A stretch of DNA of 64,000 bases, taken from assembly GCA_964411255.1 (NCBI GenBank), contig CAYPKD010000002.1:162141-226140 (forward strand), written 5' to 3'. The notes under the pieces are model-generated. The model made no database searches. It was not told the origin of the DNA and worked only from the letters and a program-made list of their open reading frames with translations. Source of the stretch: an uncultured Gammaproteobacteria bacterium. GTDB taxonomy: Bacteria > Patescibacteriota > Patescibacteriia > UBA11705 > DATKZF01. Both the position numbers and the translations under genes were made by a program. Shown here piece after piece: positions 1 through 8,835 of this stretch (its first letter is position 1; every line of letters begins with the position of its first letter).

Positions 1-79
1 TAAGAGGTATTTGAGATTTTGAATTTTGATTATTGTTATTTATTTGCTATTTGGTGCTTGTTATTTGTTATTTTTTTAT

Positions 80-1357
80 ATGATGAATATCCTTCAAAAA
101 ATACTAGCATTCTTTGCAAGAAGAATACTTAATCGTTACAAGCCAAAGGTAATCGGTATCACTGGCAGTATTGGTAAAACTTCTACTAAAGAAGCAGCTT
201 TTATGGTTTTAAAAGACAAATTTCGAGTGAGAAGAAATGTAAAAAATTATAATAATGAAATTGGCGTTCCAATAACCATTATTGGCACTGAGACCGGAGG
301 TAAATCATTAATAAAATGGTTAAAGGTATTTGTTAAGGCATTAAAACTGTGGCTGATAAAAAATAAAAAATATCCAGAAGTTTTAATTTTAGAAATGGGC
401 GCTGACAAGCCTGGAGATATAAAATATTTGGTTGATATGGTGCCATTAGACATTGGTGTAGTAACCAAGGTCAGTCCGGTTCACATTGAATTTTTTGGCA
501 CCATTGAAGCAATTGCTAAAGAAAAAGGCCAGATAGTGAAAAATTTAAAATCAGATAAAACTGCAATATTAAATTTTGATGATGATAAAGTAAGATCAAT
601 GGAGAATATTACAAAAGCAAAAGTGTTAAGCTATGGCTATTCAGAAGATTGTGAAATGAAAGTGGTTGGAATTGATGTCAAGGTGGAAGAGGAAAAAGTC
701 AGGGGTATGAGCTTTAAGTTATCATATCAAGGCTCAACTATTCCTATGGTTTTGCCAGGAGTCATTGGACGTCATCAGCTATATGCTGCCTTAGGAGGTG
801 CTGCCATTGGTATTGCAATGGGAATGAATATGGTTGATATTGGTCAGGCGTTGAAAAAATATCGGTCACCAAAGGGTAGAATGCGTATTATTGAAGGCTT
901 AGATAATGCTACAGTTATTGATGATAGTTATAATTCATCTCCTGATGCAGCGCACGCAGCAATTCAAGCTGTGAGTAAAATTCCAAGGCGGGGAAGATTG
1001 ATTGCTGCATTTGGAGAAATGCTGGAATTGGGGGAGCTGGCTGTATCTGAACATCAGAAACTTGGTGAAGCAGCAGTTAAGGCAGGTTTTGAAAAAATAT
1101 ATGCAGTGGGTAAACTTGCAAAATATATTCGAAAAGGAGCATCAATGGCTGGTTTAAGTTTGGAAAATATAAAAGTATATGAAAAATCAGAACTGGCTGC
1201 TGAGCAAATAAAAAAAGACCTCAGAGATAGTGATCTTATTTTAGTAAAAGGCTCTCAGGGTCCGCGAATGGAAAAAGTGGCAAAAGCTTTGATGGCTCAT
1301 CCTGAACGGGCTTCGCAGCTTTTGGTCAGGCAGTCAAAGGCGTGGTTGAGGAGATAG
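80..1357 (+). CDS. murF: UDP-N-acetylmuramoyl-tripeptide--D-alanyl-D-alanine ligase (Mur ligase, MurF-like)
   Basis: ORF 26..1357. P-loop GITGSIGKTSTKE and MurF-like motif YNSSPDAAHAAIQAV. In-frame ATG ATG at 80-85 is a more plausible start than 26. The gene may begin in this window. Confidence 0.8.
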   Translation: MMNILQKILAFFARRILNRYKPKVIGITGSIGKTSTKEAAFMVLKDKFRVRRNVKNYNNEIGVPITIIGTETGGKSLIKWLKVFVKALKLWLIKNKKYPEVLILEMGADKPGDIKYLVDMVPLDIGVVTKVSPVHIEFFGTIEAIAKEKGQIVKNLKSDKTAILNFDDDKVRSMENITKAKVLSYGYSEDCEMKVVGIDVKVEEEKVRGMSFKLSYQGSTIPMVLPGVIGRHQLYAALGGAAIGIAMGMNMVDIGQALKKYRSPKGRMRIIEGLDNATVIDDSYNSSPDAAHAAIQAVSKIPRRGRLIAAFGEMLELGELAVSEHQKLGEAAVKAGFEKIYAVGKLAKYIRKGASMAGLSLENIKVYEKSELAAEQIKKDLRDSDLILVKGSQGPRMEKVAKALMAHPERASQLLVRQSKAWLRR

Positions 1358-1390
1358 AAAGGTGAAATCCGAAATCCCCGCTGCTCTGGA

Positions 1391-1417
1391 CGTCATTCCT
1401 GCGAAGGCAGGAATCCG
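1391..1417. repeat. Conserved hairpin repeat copy 1 (CGTCATTCCTGCGAAGGCAGGAATCCG)
   Basis: Perfect 8-bp stem ATTCCTGC/GCAGGAAT with GAAG loop. Lies 35 nt after the murF stop. A second copy at 42761-42787 carries compensatory stem changes. Confidence 0.6.
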
Positions 1418-1481
1418 TTATTAGTATAGTGTAACCCAAATCAGCGGACAAAAATAAAAACTTCTATTTAAAGAAGCTTTT

Positions 1482-2237
1482 TTATTTAATCCCTTTTTTC
1501 CAATACAAACCATCAGGTTTTTGAATGAATTTGTCTTGAAGTTCTTTAGGAATATCTTTCAGATTCTTTGGTATAGGAGAATATGATATTGTTGCCCCCC
1601 TTTCTATAAAAATATCACCATCTATATTAACAATTGACTGAGCAGGTTCTGCTAATAATCTAAAATATTTATCAAGGAAAAAATAAAGTGCACCTGATTT
1701 TCCAATTAAAAAATTGTGTTCTGTGCTAAATAAATTATGAAAACCCTTAGTATCATTTGTTTTATTTGATAGGCTAAATCCAATAATTCTCGGGTCTACT
1801 GTGTTTTTTGCTTTACTAATTCGTACTAAATCACCATTTTTATCAGCTAATGTAATGGATTTTAATGATTCTCTCTTTATGAATTTAGCTTCATCAACCA
1901 TTGAATCAAGTGGTACTTTTAGAGGTTTTCTTTCAAATGCTTTTTTTGCAGCTTTTAATTTTTCTTCTTTGTTCAGTAGCTCCTTACTTGTTTTTCTTCT
2001 ATCCTGGCTCTTTTTCCTTTCCTTTTTCTCTTTTACTTTTAATAGTTCATCTTTATATTGCTGATAATACTCTAAGGCCTTTGCCAATTCACCAGCCTTT
2101 TCCGCAGCCACAGCCTTATCCATAATTTCACCGAGAAATTCCTTTTCTTCTGGAGTTAAGGGAACACGCTTAACCTCACCCCGCCGCGGGCGGGCCATAT
2201 TTAGTTGGGATTCGAGTGATTTGGGTTGTTCTGACAT
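1482..2237 (-). CDS. hypothetical Lys/Glu-rich coiled-coil protein
   Basis: ORF 1482..2297. Start at the internal Met (MSEQPKS) is more plausible because the upstream part is a heptamer-repeat region. No recognisable domain. Confidence 0.5.
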   Translation of the reverse strand: MSEQPKSLESQLNMARPRRGEVKRVPLTPEEKEFLGEIMDKAVAAEKAGELAKALEYYQQYKDELLKVKEKKERKKSQDRRKTSKELLNKEEKLKAAKKAFERKPLKVPLDSMVDEAKFIKRESLKSITLADKNGDLVRISKAKNTVDPRIIGFSLSNKTNDTKGFHNLFSTEHNFLIGKSGALYFFLDKYFRLLAEPAQSIVNIDGDIFIERGATISYSPIPKNLKDIPKELQDKFIQKPDGLYWKKGIK

Positions 2238-2349
2238 ATAGTAGTGAGTAATGGGTAATAAGTAATGAGTAATTCGGATACAGGATTCAGGATACAAGAT
2301 CCAAGACTATGACTTAATTATAACTAAAACTGCAATTATATTCAATTTA

Positions 2350-2378
2350 TTGAAAAATTTATACAATTATGTTACAAT
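2350..2378 (+). promoter_or_regulatory. sigma70-like promoter TTGAAA-17-TACAAT upstream of tRNA-Glu unit
   Basis: -35 TTGAAA at 2350-2355, 17-nt spacer, -10 TACAAT at 2373-2378. Confidence 0.45.
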
Positions 2379-2483
2379 AAAGCAGATTTTTATGCCCTCA
2401 TCGTTCCGCCTTCGCCCTTCGATAAACTCAGGGCTTTGGCGGACAGGCTAGTGGTTAGTAATGATTTCTTCAAAATTTTTGTA

Positions 2484-2559
2484 GCCGCCATCGTCTAGGG
2501 GTTTAGGACGCTGCCCTCTCACGGCAGAAACCGGGGTTCAAATCCCCGTGGCGGTACCA
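2484..2559 (+). tRNA. tRNA-Glu (anticodon CUC), CCA encoded
   Basis: Cloverleaf read by eye. Acceptor GCCGCCA/TGGCGGT (G1-U72). Anticodon stem CTGCC/GGCAG with loop CTCTCAC, giving CUC. T-arm CGGGG-TTCAAAT-CCCCG. Discriminator A followed by CCA. 76 nt. Confidence 0.8.
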
Positions 2560-2754
2560 AAAATTTTGGGGAAATCTTAATACGTTGCCCTCGAACAGCA
2601 GGAAACATGGGTTCGCCTGCCCCGTACCGAACAAGCGAAGCGAGTTCTGGCTCAGGGAGTCCCATTGGGGTCACCAAAAATATTGCTATTTGGGCAATTT
2701 TTTTATTTTATCAAATTTTGCTACAATTAAGGTACATTAAATAAATACATAAAT

Positions 2755-3036
2755 ATGGAAGATCCAAACAAACCAGAACAAAGAAAAAAGAAAGCATATC
2801 TCAATTTTGGCCAGCCTAGCCATGAAGATGAGTATGTTTTGCATTTAGCAGATGATGATATCCCATTTGATTTAGCTGAAAAGATTGAGGAGATTTTAGG
2901 AAAAAATTGGGAAGTTCTGGACAGAGGAACACGAATTGAAATTTGCCATAAGCGAAAGTTTGGTTTGCGAGATGATAAAAAAGTATTTGGCGCAGTTGAA
3001 CAAGCGATTCCAGACAAATATAAATTACATAAATAA
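2755..3036 (+). CDS. hypothetical small acidic protein (93 aa)
   Basis: ORF with charged, non-repetitive composition. No recognisable domain. Confidence 0.45.
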   Translation: MEDPNKPEQRKKKAYLNFGQPSHEDEYVLHLADDDIPFDLAEKIEEILGKNWEVLDRGTRIEICHKRKFGLRDDKKVFGAVEQAIPDKYKLHK

Positions 3037-3042
3037 AAAAGT

Positions 3043-3588
3043 ATGAAAAAATTATTTTTATTAACATTTCTACTGGTTTTAGTTTTAGCTGGCTGCAGCT
3101 GTGAAAAAGCTGAACCTACTGATGGCATTGCTACTGATAAAATGCCAGAATTGTATGATGAATATAAAGATTTTGCCAATACCTGGTAAGGCCAATGGAA
3201 AAATACTACTTTTGGCTCAAGCGGAGCATCAAAAGCAACTGTTATAGTAAATGAAGATGGAACTGCGTCTTTTACTATTGATATTGACGGCATGGTTTTT
3301 GGCATGGTTAATCCAGAGCCAAAGACATTCAAAGGAAATTATAATGACAAAGGCATAGTTTTTGAACAAAACGATGAATTATTTGGTGATGTAACAATTA
3401 ATATTGAAAAAACAGGGGAGTCAGAAGCAACAGTTGATGTAAAGAGTGAAAACATAACAACACCTGGAATTAAATCAATGACTGCCAGTGGAACGCTTGA
3501 TATGGAAAAAGTTCATATGGATTATGAAGTCCAGTTTACTTCTGGCAGTCCGGCAAAAGGCGTATTTGATATGTCAAAGATCGACTAA
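3043..3588 (+). pseudogene. lipoprotein gene interrupted by in-frame TAA (or programmed readthrough/sequencing error)
   Basis: ATG at 3043 encodes MKKLFLLTFLLVLVLAGCS, a signal peptide with lipobox LAGC. The same frame hits TAA at 3187-3189 and then continues open through the listed ORF 3292..3588. Confidence 0.5.
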
Positions 3589-3612
3589 ACTGTTTATTAT
3601 TAAATTAAATAT

Positions 3613-4653
3613 ATGCCAAAAGGCGAACCAATATTTGAACAACAAAAATTACCTGTTGACGTTTCTTATGAACAATTGGAAGCTCGAATTCCAGAAGTAG
3701 CTAAAATGAAAGGATTTGATCAGCGAAGTGACTTTCATACGCTGACTTTGGATGAGCATACAAAGCAGCTGGGCAGGAATTTGGAAAATAATTTAGACAG
3801 CCTGGAAAAATGGCTGAAAGATCAAAAGAAAAAGGAGGATTTAGAAAAATTAGAACAATACAAAGATTTAATTTTATTAGCTGGCAAATTACATGATTTG
3901 GGTAAAGTATCAGAAGAAGGTATGCAGGTTCATCCAAAAGATCCTGAAAAGCGCCAATATGTAGGTCATGAAAAAGAAAGTGAAAAAATTGTGCGTGAAG
4001 TCGTACCAAAGCATTTTAATCTCAAAGAAGAAGAACTTGATTTAGTGGCAAAATTAGCTGGTTTGCATGCATCAGCATTAAATTTGGTTGGAAATTTTCA
4101 ATCAAATAACCAGCCAAAAGGAAAAGGCTTAAAATCTTATGACCAGTTTTTCAAAAAAGCAGAAGCTTTGCCAATGGATGTGAATATTGAAACAAAGATG
4201 AGAATTGTTTTTGCTTTGAATAAATCAGATAAAGGCGCAGGCTGGAATGAACAAAGTGATCCTGAGGATCCAAAAGTCAAAACTGTTCAGGATAAGGCTG
4301 AAAAACAGATTAAAACGTTAGAAGAAATGGAAAAAGCTTTACCAGCATTGGTAGCTGCTATTGAAGGAAGGAGAGCAGGTGATCAGAAAGCTGGAATAGT
4401 TTTAGAAAAAGGTGAGTATGTTTATAAAGCGCCTGAGAAAAAAGAAAAGAAAAAAGTTGAGATTCCTCCAGGGTTGAAGAAATTAAGTCCGATTTTACGA
4501 GACAAGGTGCCGGCAGTGGCTGAAGTATATCCTACTTTGCAGGCAAAAAAGGGGAATGAACGGGCTTTGCAGGGCATAATAAATGGTTTGTTGAAAAAGA
4601 AGATCGGTTTGACTGATGAACAAATCGAAGCAGTTTTAAAAACACTAGAATAA
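3613..4653 (+). CDS. HD-domain phosphohydrolase-like protein
   Basis: H...HD pattern (LDEHTKQL ... AGKLHDLGK). Lys-rich C-terminus. Confidence 0.5.
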   Translation: MPKGEPIFEQQKLPVDVSYEQLEARIPEVAKMKGFDQRSDFHTLTLDEHTKQLGRNLENNLDSLEKWLKDQKKKEDLEKLEQYKDLILLAGKLHDLGKVSEEGMQVHPKDPEKRQYVGHEKESEKIVREVVPKHFNLKEEELDLVAKLAGLHASALNLVGNFQSNNQPKGKGLKSYDQFFKKAEALPMDVNIETKMRIVFALNKSDKGAGWNEQSDPEDPKVKTVQDKAEKQIKTLEEMEKALPALVAAIEGRRAGDQKAGIVLEKGEYVYKAPEKKEKKKVEIPPGLKKLSPILRDKVPAVAEVYPTLQAKKGNERALQGIINGLLKKKIGLTDEQIEAVLKTLE

Positions 4654-4658
4654 AAAAA

Positions 4659-4753
4659 GGCCGGCCGCAAAATGCACGCACAGGCAGGCACGCAAAATTT
4701 TGCGTACTTACCAACGATACGAATAATTTATAATCATGCATTTTGCGGCCGGC
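4659..4753. terminator. bidirectional terminator: 16-bp outer stem with nested 16-bp perfect palindrome
   Basis: GGCCGGCCGCAAAATGC (4659-4675) pairs with GCATTTTGCGGCCGGC (4738-4753), flanked by an A-run and a T-run. Inner perfect palindrome ACGCAAAATTTTGCGT at 4690-4705. Lies between convergent genes. Confidence 0.6.
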
Positions 4754-4755
4754 TT

Positions 4756-5463
4756 TTATAATTTTCTCATTTTATAGCAAACAATATTTTCCTTTTGCAA
4801 GTATTGCCCAACAAGTAAGGGATAAAATTTTTCTCCATTAATTTGCGTTAATTTAAAGTCTTGAAGCTGATTAATATCTCCTGAAAATTCATCTTTCATT
4901 AATTTCCCGAACACATAATAAACATTTTTCAATTTTTCAGTTTTTTTGTCTTTATGTTTTTTTGTTTGTTTAATAAATTTTTCAATTATTTTTACGCCTT
5001 TTTCAATCGCTTCATTTCTGTCTCTATCTTTCATTCCAAATTCTAATTCAATGCAGGTTTCTAATACCTCACCCAAAGGGCCTTTGGGATCTGGCCAGAG
5101 CAAAATTGTATCTAAATCAACATATTGGAGCGGAAATTTTTTTGAAAGTTTTTCTCTTGGCACAATAATAAAATCATCTTTTCCAAGTGACGCTTCATGC
5201 AGGTCAATTACATATTCATACTTTTTAGCAATTTTTAGATTTTGTGCTGCTTTTTTTACTTCATAAATATCTGAATCAATTTTTCCTGGATAGATTCGGT
5301 TTAAATTAATATCAATGTATTCTTTTTTTTGTTCAAGCGCTTTTGGATTGGCAATTAATGTATCAAAAAATTTATCTAATCCTTTAGATTTTAATTTTTC
5401 TAAAATTTCAATTCCCAGCGGCTCATTTCCATGAGTAGCTGCAATGATTAATATTTTTTTCAT
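4756..5463 (-). CDS. succinylglutamate desuccinylase/aspartoacylase family (AstE/AspA-like zinc deacylase)
   Basis: N-terminal IIAATHGNEPLG motif (G-x-HGNE). Confidence 0.6.
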   Translation of the reverse strand: MKKILIIAATHGNEPLGIEILEKLKSKGLDKFFDTLIANPKALEQKKEYIDINLNRIYPGKIDSDIYEVKKAAQNLKIAKKYEYVIDLHEASLGKDDFIIVPREKLSKKFPLQYVDLDTILLWPDPKGPLGEVLETCIELEFGMKDRDRNEAIEKGVKIIEKFIKQTKKHKDKKTEKLKNVYYVFGKLMKDEFSGDINQLQDFKLTQINGEKFYPLLVGQYLQKENIVCYKMRKL

Positions 5464-5520
5464 ATATAAATGTGTAAATTTTTCAAAAAAGGGCAGACAT
5501 TGCTGCCCTTTATGGAAAGA

Positions 5521-6435
5521 TTAAATGCCCAGATGTACCTTGATCATATCCAAGGTTAGATGAAGACCGCTTTTTCGTCCAATATCCCTGATCTCCAGAA
5601 CCAATTTGCCGTTTCGTACTCGAAATCTGGTATACCACCAGACTGAACGCAAGAACATTTCTATGTCTTTAACATCAGTTTGAGCAAATGGTTTTGCAGG
5701 ACGACAGATTTGTAGCCCATTGCCATTTTTTTGCATTATAACCTTCATTTGCGACAATCTCGTAATATATTTCTCAAAGCTTACTGGAGCTGGAGCATAT
5801 CTGTCATGTTCATAATTTGCCAAAGAATTTTTGATATAATTTCTCCAAATTCGGAAATTAGCTTCGTGTGGCCAATTCATTTGAGTATATAGGTAATTCA
5901 AGTCTCTAATAAATCCCATCCCTTCTTCAATTGAACACAAATCAAAATTAAACTGTATGCTTGCAATATGTCCCAGTCCAAATAGAGCCGGCCCATCAAC
6001 TTCAACCCAGATCTCATCTCGTTTATCAGGAATCATCAGATTATCATCAAGATGCTCATCCCATGAGACAGGCAGAAGCCTTGCCTGGCACATATGAGCA
6101 GCTTCTTCTATCATTGCAATCAGTATTTGTATGGTTACAAAAAGTCTGGAATCTTCAATATGATATGTGGGCGTATTAAGCTCCAGATTATTGCAGCCGA
6201 GCTCATAGACGAGAATAAATCCGTTTTTGCTCAGCTGTGTTATGTATCCATTTTTTCTTTGATCAACAACCCAGTTAAAATTTCCTGCCAGAATAGTAAG
6301 CATTTTTTGAGAAGTGGATCTATCTATTGGCCTTTGATTTTTATCAACAAAAAGAGTTTCAATCTCAATACCGATTTGTCTGTCCTGGGGTGTACAACAT
6401 TTAGCATTTTCAAAGTGCTGCCGCAATCTTTCCAC
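5521..6435 (-). CDS. carboxylate-amine ligase, glutamate-cysteine ligase family 2 (YbdK-like)
   Basis: N-terminal IGIEIETLFVD resembles the GCS2 LGxExEfxxV motif. Size about 300 aa. Confidence 0.5.
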   Translation of the reverse strand: MERLRQHFENAKCCTPQDRQIGIEIETLFVDKNQRPIDRSTSQKMLTILAGNFNWVVDQRKNGYITQLSKNGFILVYELGCNNLELNTPTYHIEDSRLFVTIQILIAMIEEAAHMCQARLLPVSWDEHLDDNLMIPDKRDEIWVEVDGPALFGLGHIASIQFNFDLCSIEEGMGFIRDLNYLYTQMNWPHEANFRIWRNYIKNSLANYEHDRYAPAPVSFEKYITRLSQMKVIMQKNGNGLQICRPAKPFAQTDVKDIEMFLRSVWWYTRFRVRNGKLVLEIRDIGRKSGLHLTLDMIKVHLGI

Positions 6436-6454
6436 TTTCCCTCCTTTTTGATCT

Positions 6455-6486
6455 CAAAACAAAAACCCCTTCCCTTTGGGAAGGAG
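6455..6486 (-). terminator. rho-independent terminator (minus strand) for gene 6744..7052
   Basis: Minus strand reads CCTTCCC-AAA-GGGAAGG followed by GGTTTTTGTTTT. Confidence 0.5.
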
Positions 6487-6743
6487 CTAAGCTCTATAAA
6501 TAAAGAAAAACTCAATTCTTTCCCAAGGGGTAGAGGTTTTTGTGATGATGTAATTTTATAAATGCTATTTTCATAACAATTACCATTATAGCAAGATTAT
6601 AAAGGATTGTCAAATGCAGGTATACGAAACTACGAATCAATTATGAATTATACGAAAATAAGTTTTTATCGCTATGAATATAGAATTTTTATTTTTAAAA
6701 AACGCCCAAAAGCAATGTAGCTATGAGCGAAAAATTGTGATCT

Positions 6744-7052
6744 TTATTCATTATTTTTTTGCACTTCTTCTTGATGTTCGTATATAGCTTTTTTTGAAGC
6801 ATCTACATGATATCTCCATCCGCCGTAAATTCCTCCAATAATCAACACAATTAACAATATAATTAGTCCTAATAATTTGAAAGACCAGATAAATCCTGAA
6901 TCTGGAGGTTCATAACCCCAGCTTTCTTCTGGTGGAATTTCTCCTTCTCCAAACTCATCTCCTTCTTGATACATATAATTTGGATCTTTCCATTTATCAT
7001 TCCCCATTAATCGCTCCTTTCTGGACTTTCCAGCTTCATGATATTTTATCAT
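6744..7052 (-). CDS. hypothetical small membrane protein (1 TM)
   Basis: ORF with acidic N-terminus and hydrophobic segment LLGLIILLIVLIIGGIYGG. Confidence 0.45.
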   Translation of the reverse strand: MIKYHEAGKSRKERLMGNDKWKDPNYMYQEGDEFGEGEIPPEESWGYEPPDSGFIWSFKLLGLIILLIVLIIGGIYGGWRYHVDASKKAIYEHQEEVQKNNE

Positions 7053-7150
7053 TATTTTTATATTTTGTCAATAAAATTAATATTATTTTGATAAACATTG
7101 CCAAAATGGTAAAAATTGATTAAGATAAGGGCGAAATAGCCAAATTTTTT

Positions 7151-8029
7151 ATGAGTGAAGAAAAAGAGCAAAAAGAAGAAAAAACAGATTCAATCTTAGC
7201 GCAGGCTGAAGCTGATAAAAAGAAAAAGCAAAAAAAACAGGTAAAGTCATCCACTTTTGCCTCTACTTTGGTTATCATTATTATAGTAGCTGCCATAATA
7301 ATTGGTGGAGGATATTATCTGCAAAATAAGGCAGCGAATGAAAATAAAGACCAGGCTGTTGATCAGACAAAAGAAGAAATGCAGGCTCAAATTGACGAAT
7401 TAAATAAAAAAATATCCAATTTGGAAGACAAGGACATAACAAACCAGGAATTGATAGAGCGGGATTTGCCAGAAGCAGCCAAAGTGGTGGCAGACTGTTC
7501 TCAAAATTTTATAAATTCATATCCGGAGTTTGACCCAAAAATTCATTTTTATTTAGAATATAATAACCGGGCATATGCCAGTTATTACCGGCAAGGATAT
7601 AGGCTTCGGGATATATGCAAGTCAAATGAGAAATTTTTAATGTTTTTTGATTCAAAAAAAAGTTATGAAGATGCGGTTAGGCTTCAAAAAGCATCACCTG
7701 AAGTTAGGCTTGTTAGCTCAAGAGCGGTGATTGGATTGTCAGATAAAATGTTTTTTCAAATGAATTATTACCCTGTAAAGATTGAAAATTATAATTTTGA
7801 GCAGGGTAAAGAATCTGCATGTGTTTTTGACCAGTTTTTAAATGATAAAGTCTTATACATTTGCATAAATGTTTTAGAGCAGGGCAATGAATATATTTGG
7901 TATTCATATGATTCAGTAAAAAAATTAAATCAGAAAGTGCGGATTGAATCACCAAATCCTGAAATTGAAAATGAAACATTTGAGCCAGAGCTTTTAACTT
8001 TATTTTCAAAACAAGCTTTTTCTAATTAA
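7151..8029 (+). CDS. hypothetical membrane-anchored coiled-coil protein
   Basis: Lys-rich N-terminus, TM segment TLVIIIIVAAIIIGGG, then a coiled-coil stretch. Confidence 0.5.
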   Translation: MSEEKEQKEEKTDSILAQAEADKKKKQKKQVKSSTFASTLVIIIIVAAIIIGGGYYLQNKAANENKDQAVDQTKEEMQAQIDELNKKISNLEDKDITNQELIERDLPEAAKVVADCSQNFINSYPEFDPKIHFYLEYNNRAYASYYRQGYRLRDICKSNEKFLMFFDSKKSYEDAVRLQKASPEVRLVSSRAVIGLSDKMFFQMNYYPVKIENYNFEQGKESACVFDQFLNDKVLYICINVLEQGNEYIWYSYDSVKKLNQKVRIESPNPEIENETFEPELLTLFSKQAFSN

Positions 8030-8112
8030 ACATAATCATGTGTGGACAAGACGCTGTCAAAAGTGTTTTTTTTGTTTTAAAATATAAGATATGCAAAATA
8101 AGGAGGGGTATA

Positions 8113-8775
8113 ATGCCAATAATAGCTACTTATCATGTTGATGAGATGGAATTTGGGCAAAGAGTCAGATTAATAAAAACAAGTAATTCAATATTTGTTG
8201 AACCTGATGATAATGGCGATTATGAAATCGCTGGTGTATTTCCTGATGAGCGTCAGGTATTTGTTAATAAAATAATGGACGACGCGATTAATTTTGAAGA
8301 ATGGGATGAAAGAGAAACAACTATTCGTGACTTTGATTGGCAGGACGCTGGGCCGACCCGGCATGATATTACAGAAGATGGTTCAAATGAAGAACGCCTG
8401 CAGGCATTAGCTGATGAAGATCCTGGTTTTGAAGATGATCACGAAGTCAGTGGCCTTCATATGATTAAAGCATACTCATTAGATTTTTTACCAAATGAGA
8501 CAAGGGTGCGATTAAGGCTGCTAAAAGGATATAAATTAGCTGTAAAAGATCCTAATGGTGAGTATGTCGTAACAGCGTCTGTTAAAAAAAAGATTAGAGG
8601 CGCAGATGGATATGAAATTGTAGTCACTCCAGAAGCTGAGCATCAGCGGGCATTTGAGCGGAAGATAGGAGAGCGGTATGTCACTGGCAGAAGAAGCGGA
8701 ATATGCGGGCCGAGCAGAGTGGATTTTGTATCGCCAGAACAATTGGCAGAATTTAGGAAAAAAAGGGAAAAGTAA
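8113..8775 (+). CDS. tandem-paralog family protein 1 (unknown function; internal duplicated ~60-aa module with D-x-NGEY-VV)
   Basis: RBS AAGGAGGGG 8 nt upstream of ATG at 8113. Paralogous to 8893, 9861 and 10712. Motifs HDITEDGSNEER and DPNGEYVVTA. Confidence 0.65.
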   Translation: MPIIATYHVDEMEFGQRVRLIKTSNSIFVEPDDNGDYEIAGVFPDERQVFVNKIMDDAINFEEWDERETTIRDFDWQDAGPTRHDITEDGSNEERLQALADEDPGFEDDHEVSGLHMIKAYSLDFLPNETRVRLRLLKGYKLAVKDPNGEYVVTASVKKKIRGADGYEIVVTPEAEHQRAFERKIGERYVTGRRSGICGPSRVDFVSPEQLAEFRKKREK

Positions 8776-8790
8776 TTTTTTCAAACAAAA

Positions 8791-8814
8791 ACCTTCAGCA
8801 TCTGAAGGTTTTTT
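8791..8814 (+). terminator. conserved terminator cassette copy 1 (CAAACAAAAACCTTCAGCAtcTGAAGGTTTTTT)
   Basis: Hairpin CCTTCAG/CTGAAGG plus T-run. A near-identical cassette follows each of the four paralogs. Confidence 0.7.
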
Positions 8815-8835
8815 AAATTGTGTATAAAAAGGTTA

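Noticed and set aside
2576-2676. Possible second tRNA or tmRNA 3' domain ending ...GGGGTCACCA
   Set aside because: Could not form a 7-bp acceptor stem or a canonical T-arm on either strand. Kept as part of the structured-flank finding rather than called as a tRNA.
2727-3332. 201-aa ORF on minus strand overlapping the tRNA trailer, the 2755 ORF and the lipoprotein gene
   Set aside because: Low-complexity Ser/Phe-rich translation antisense to better + strand genes. The lipoprotein signal peptide and charged 93-aa ORF on + are more credible.
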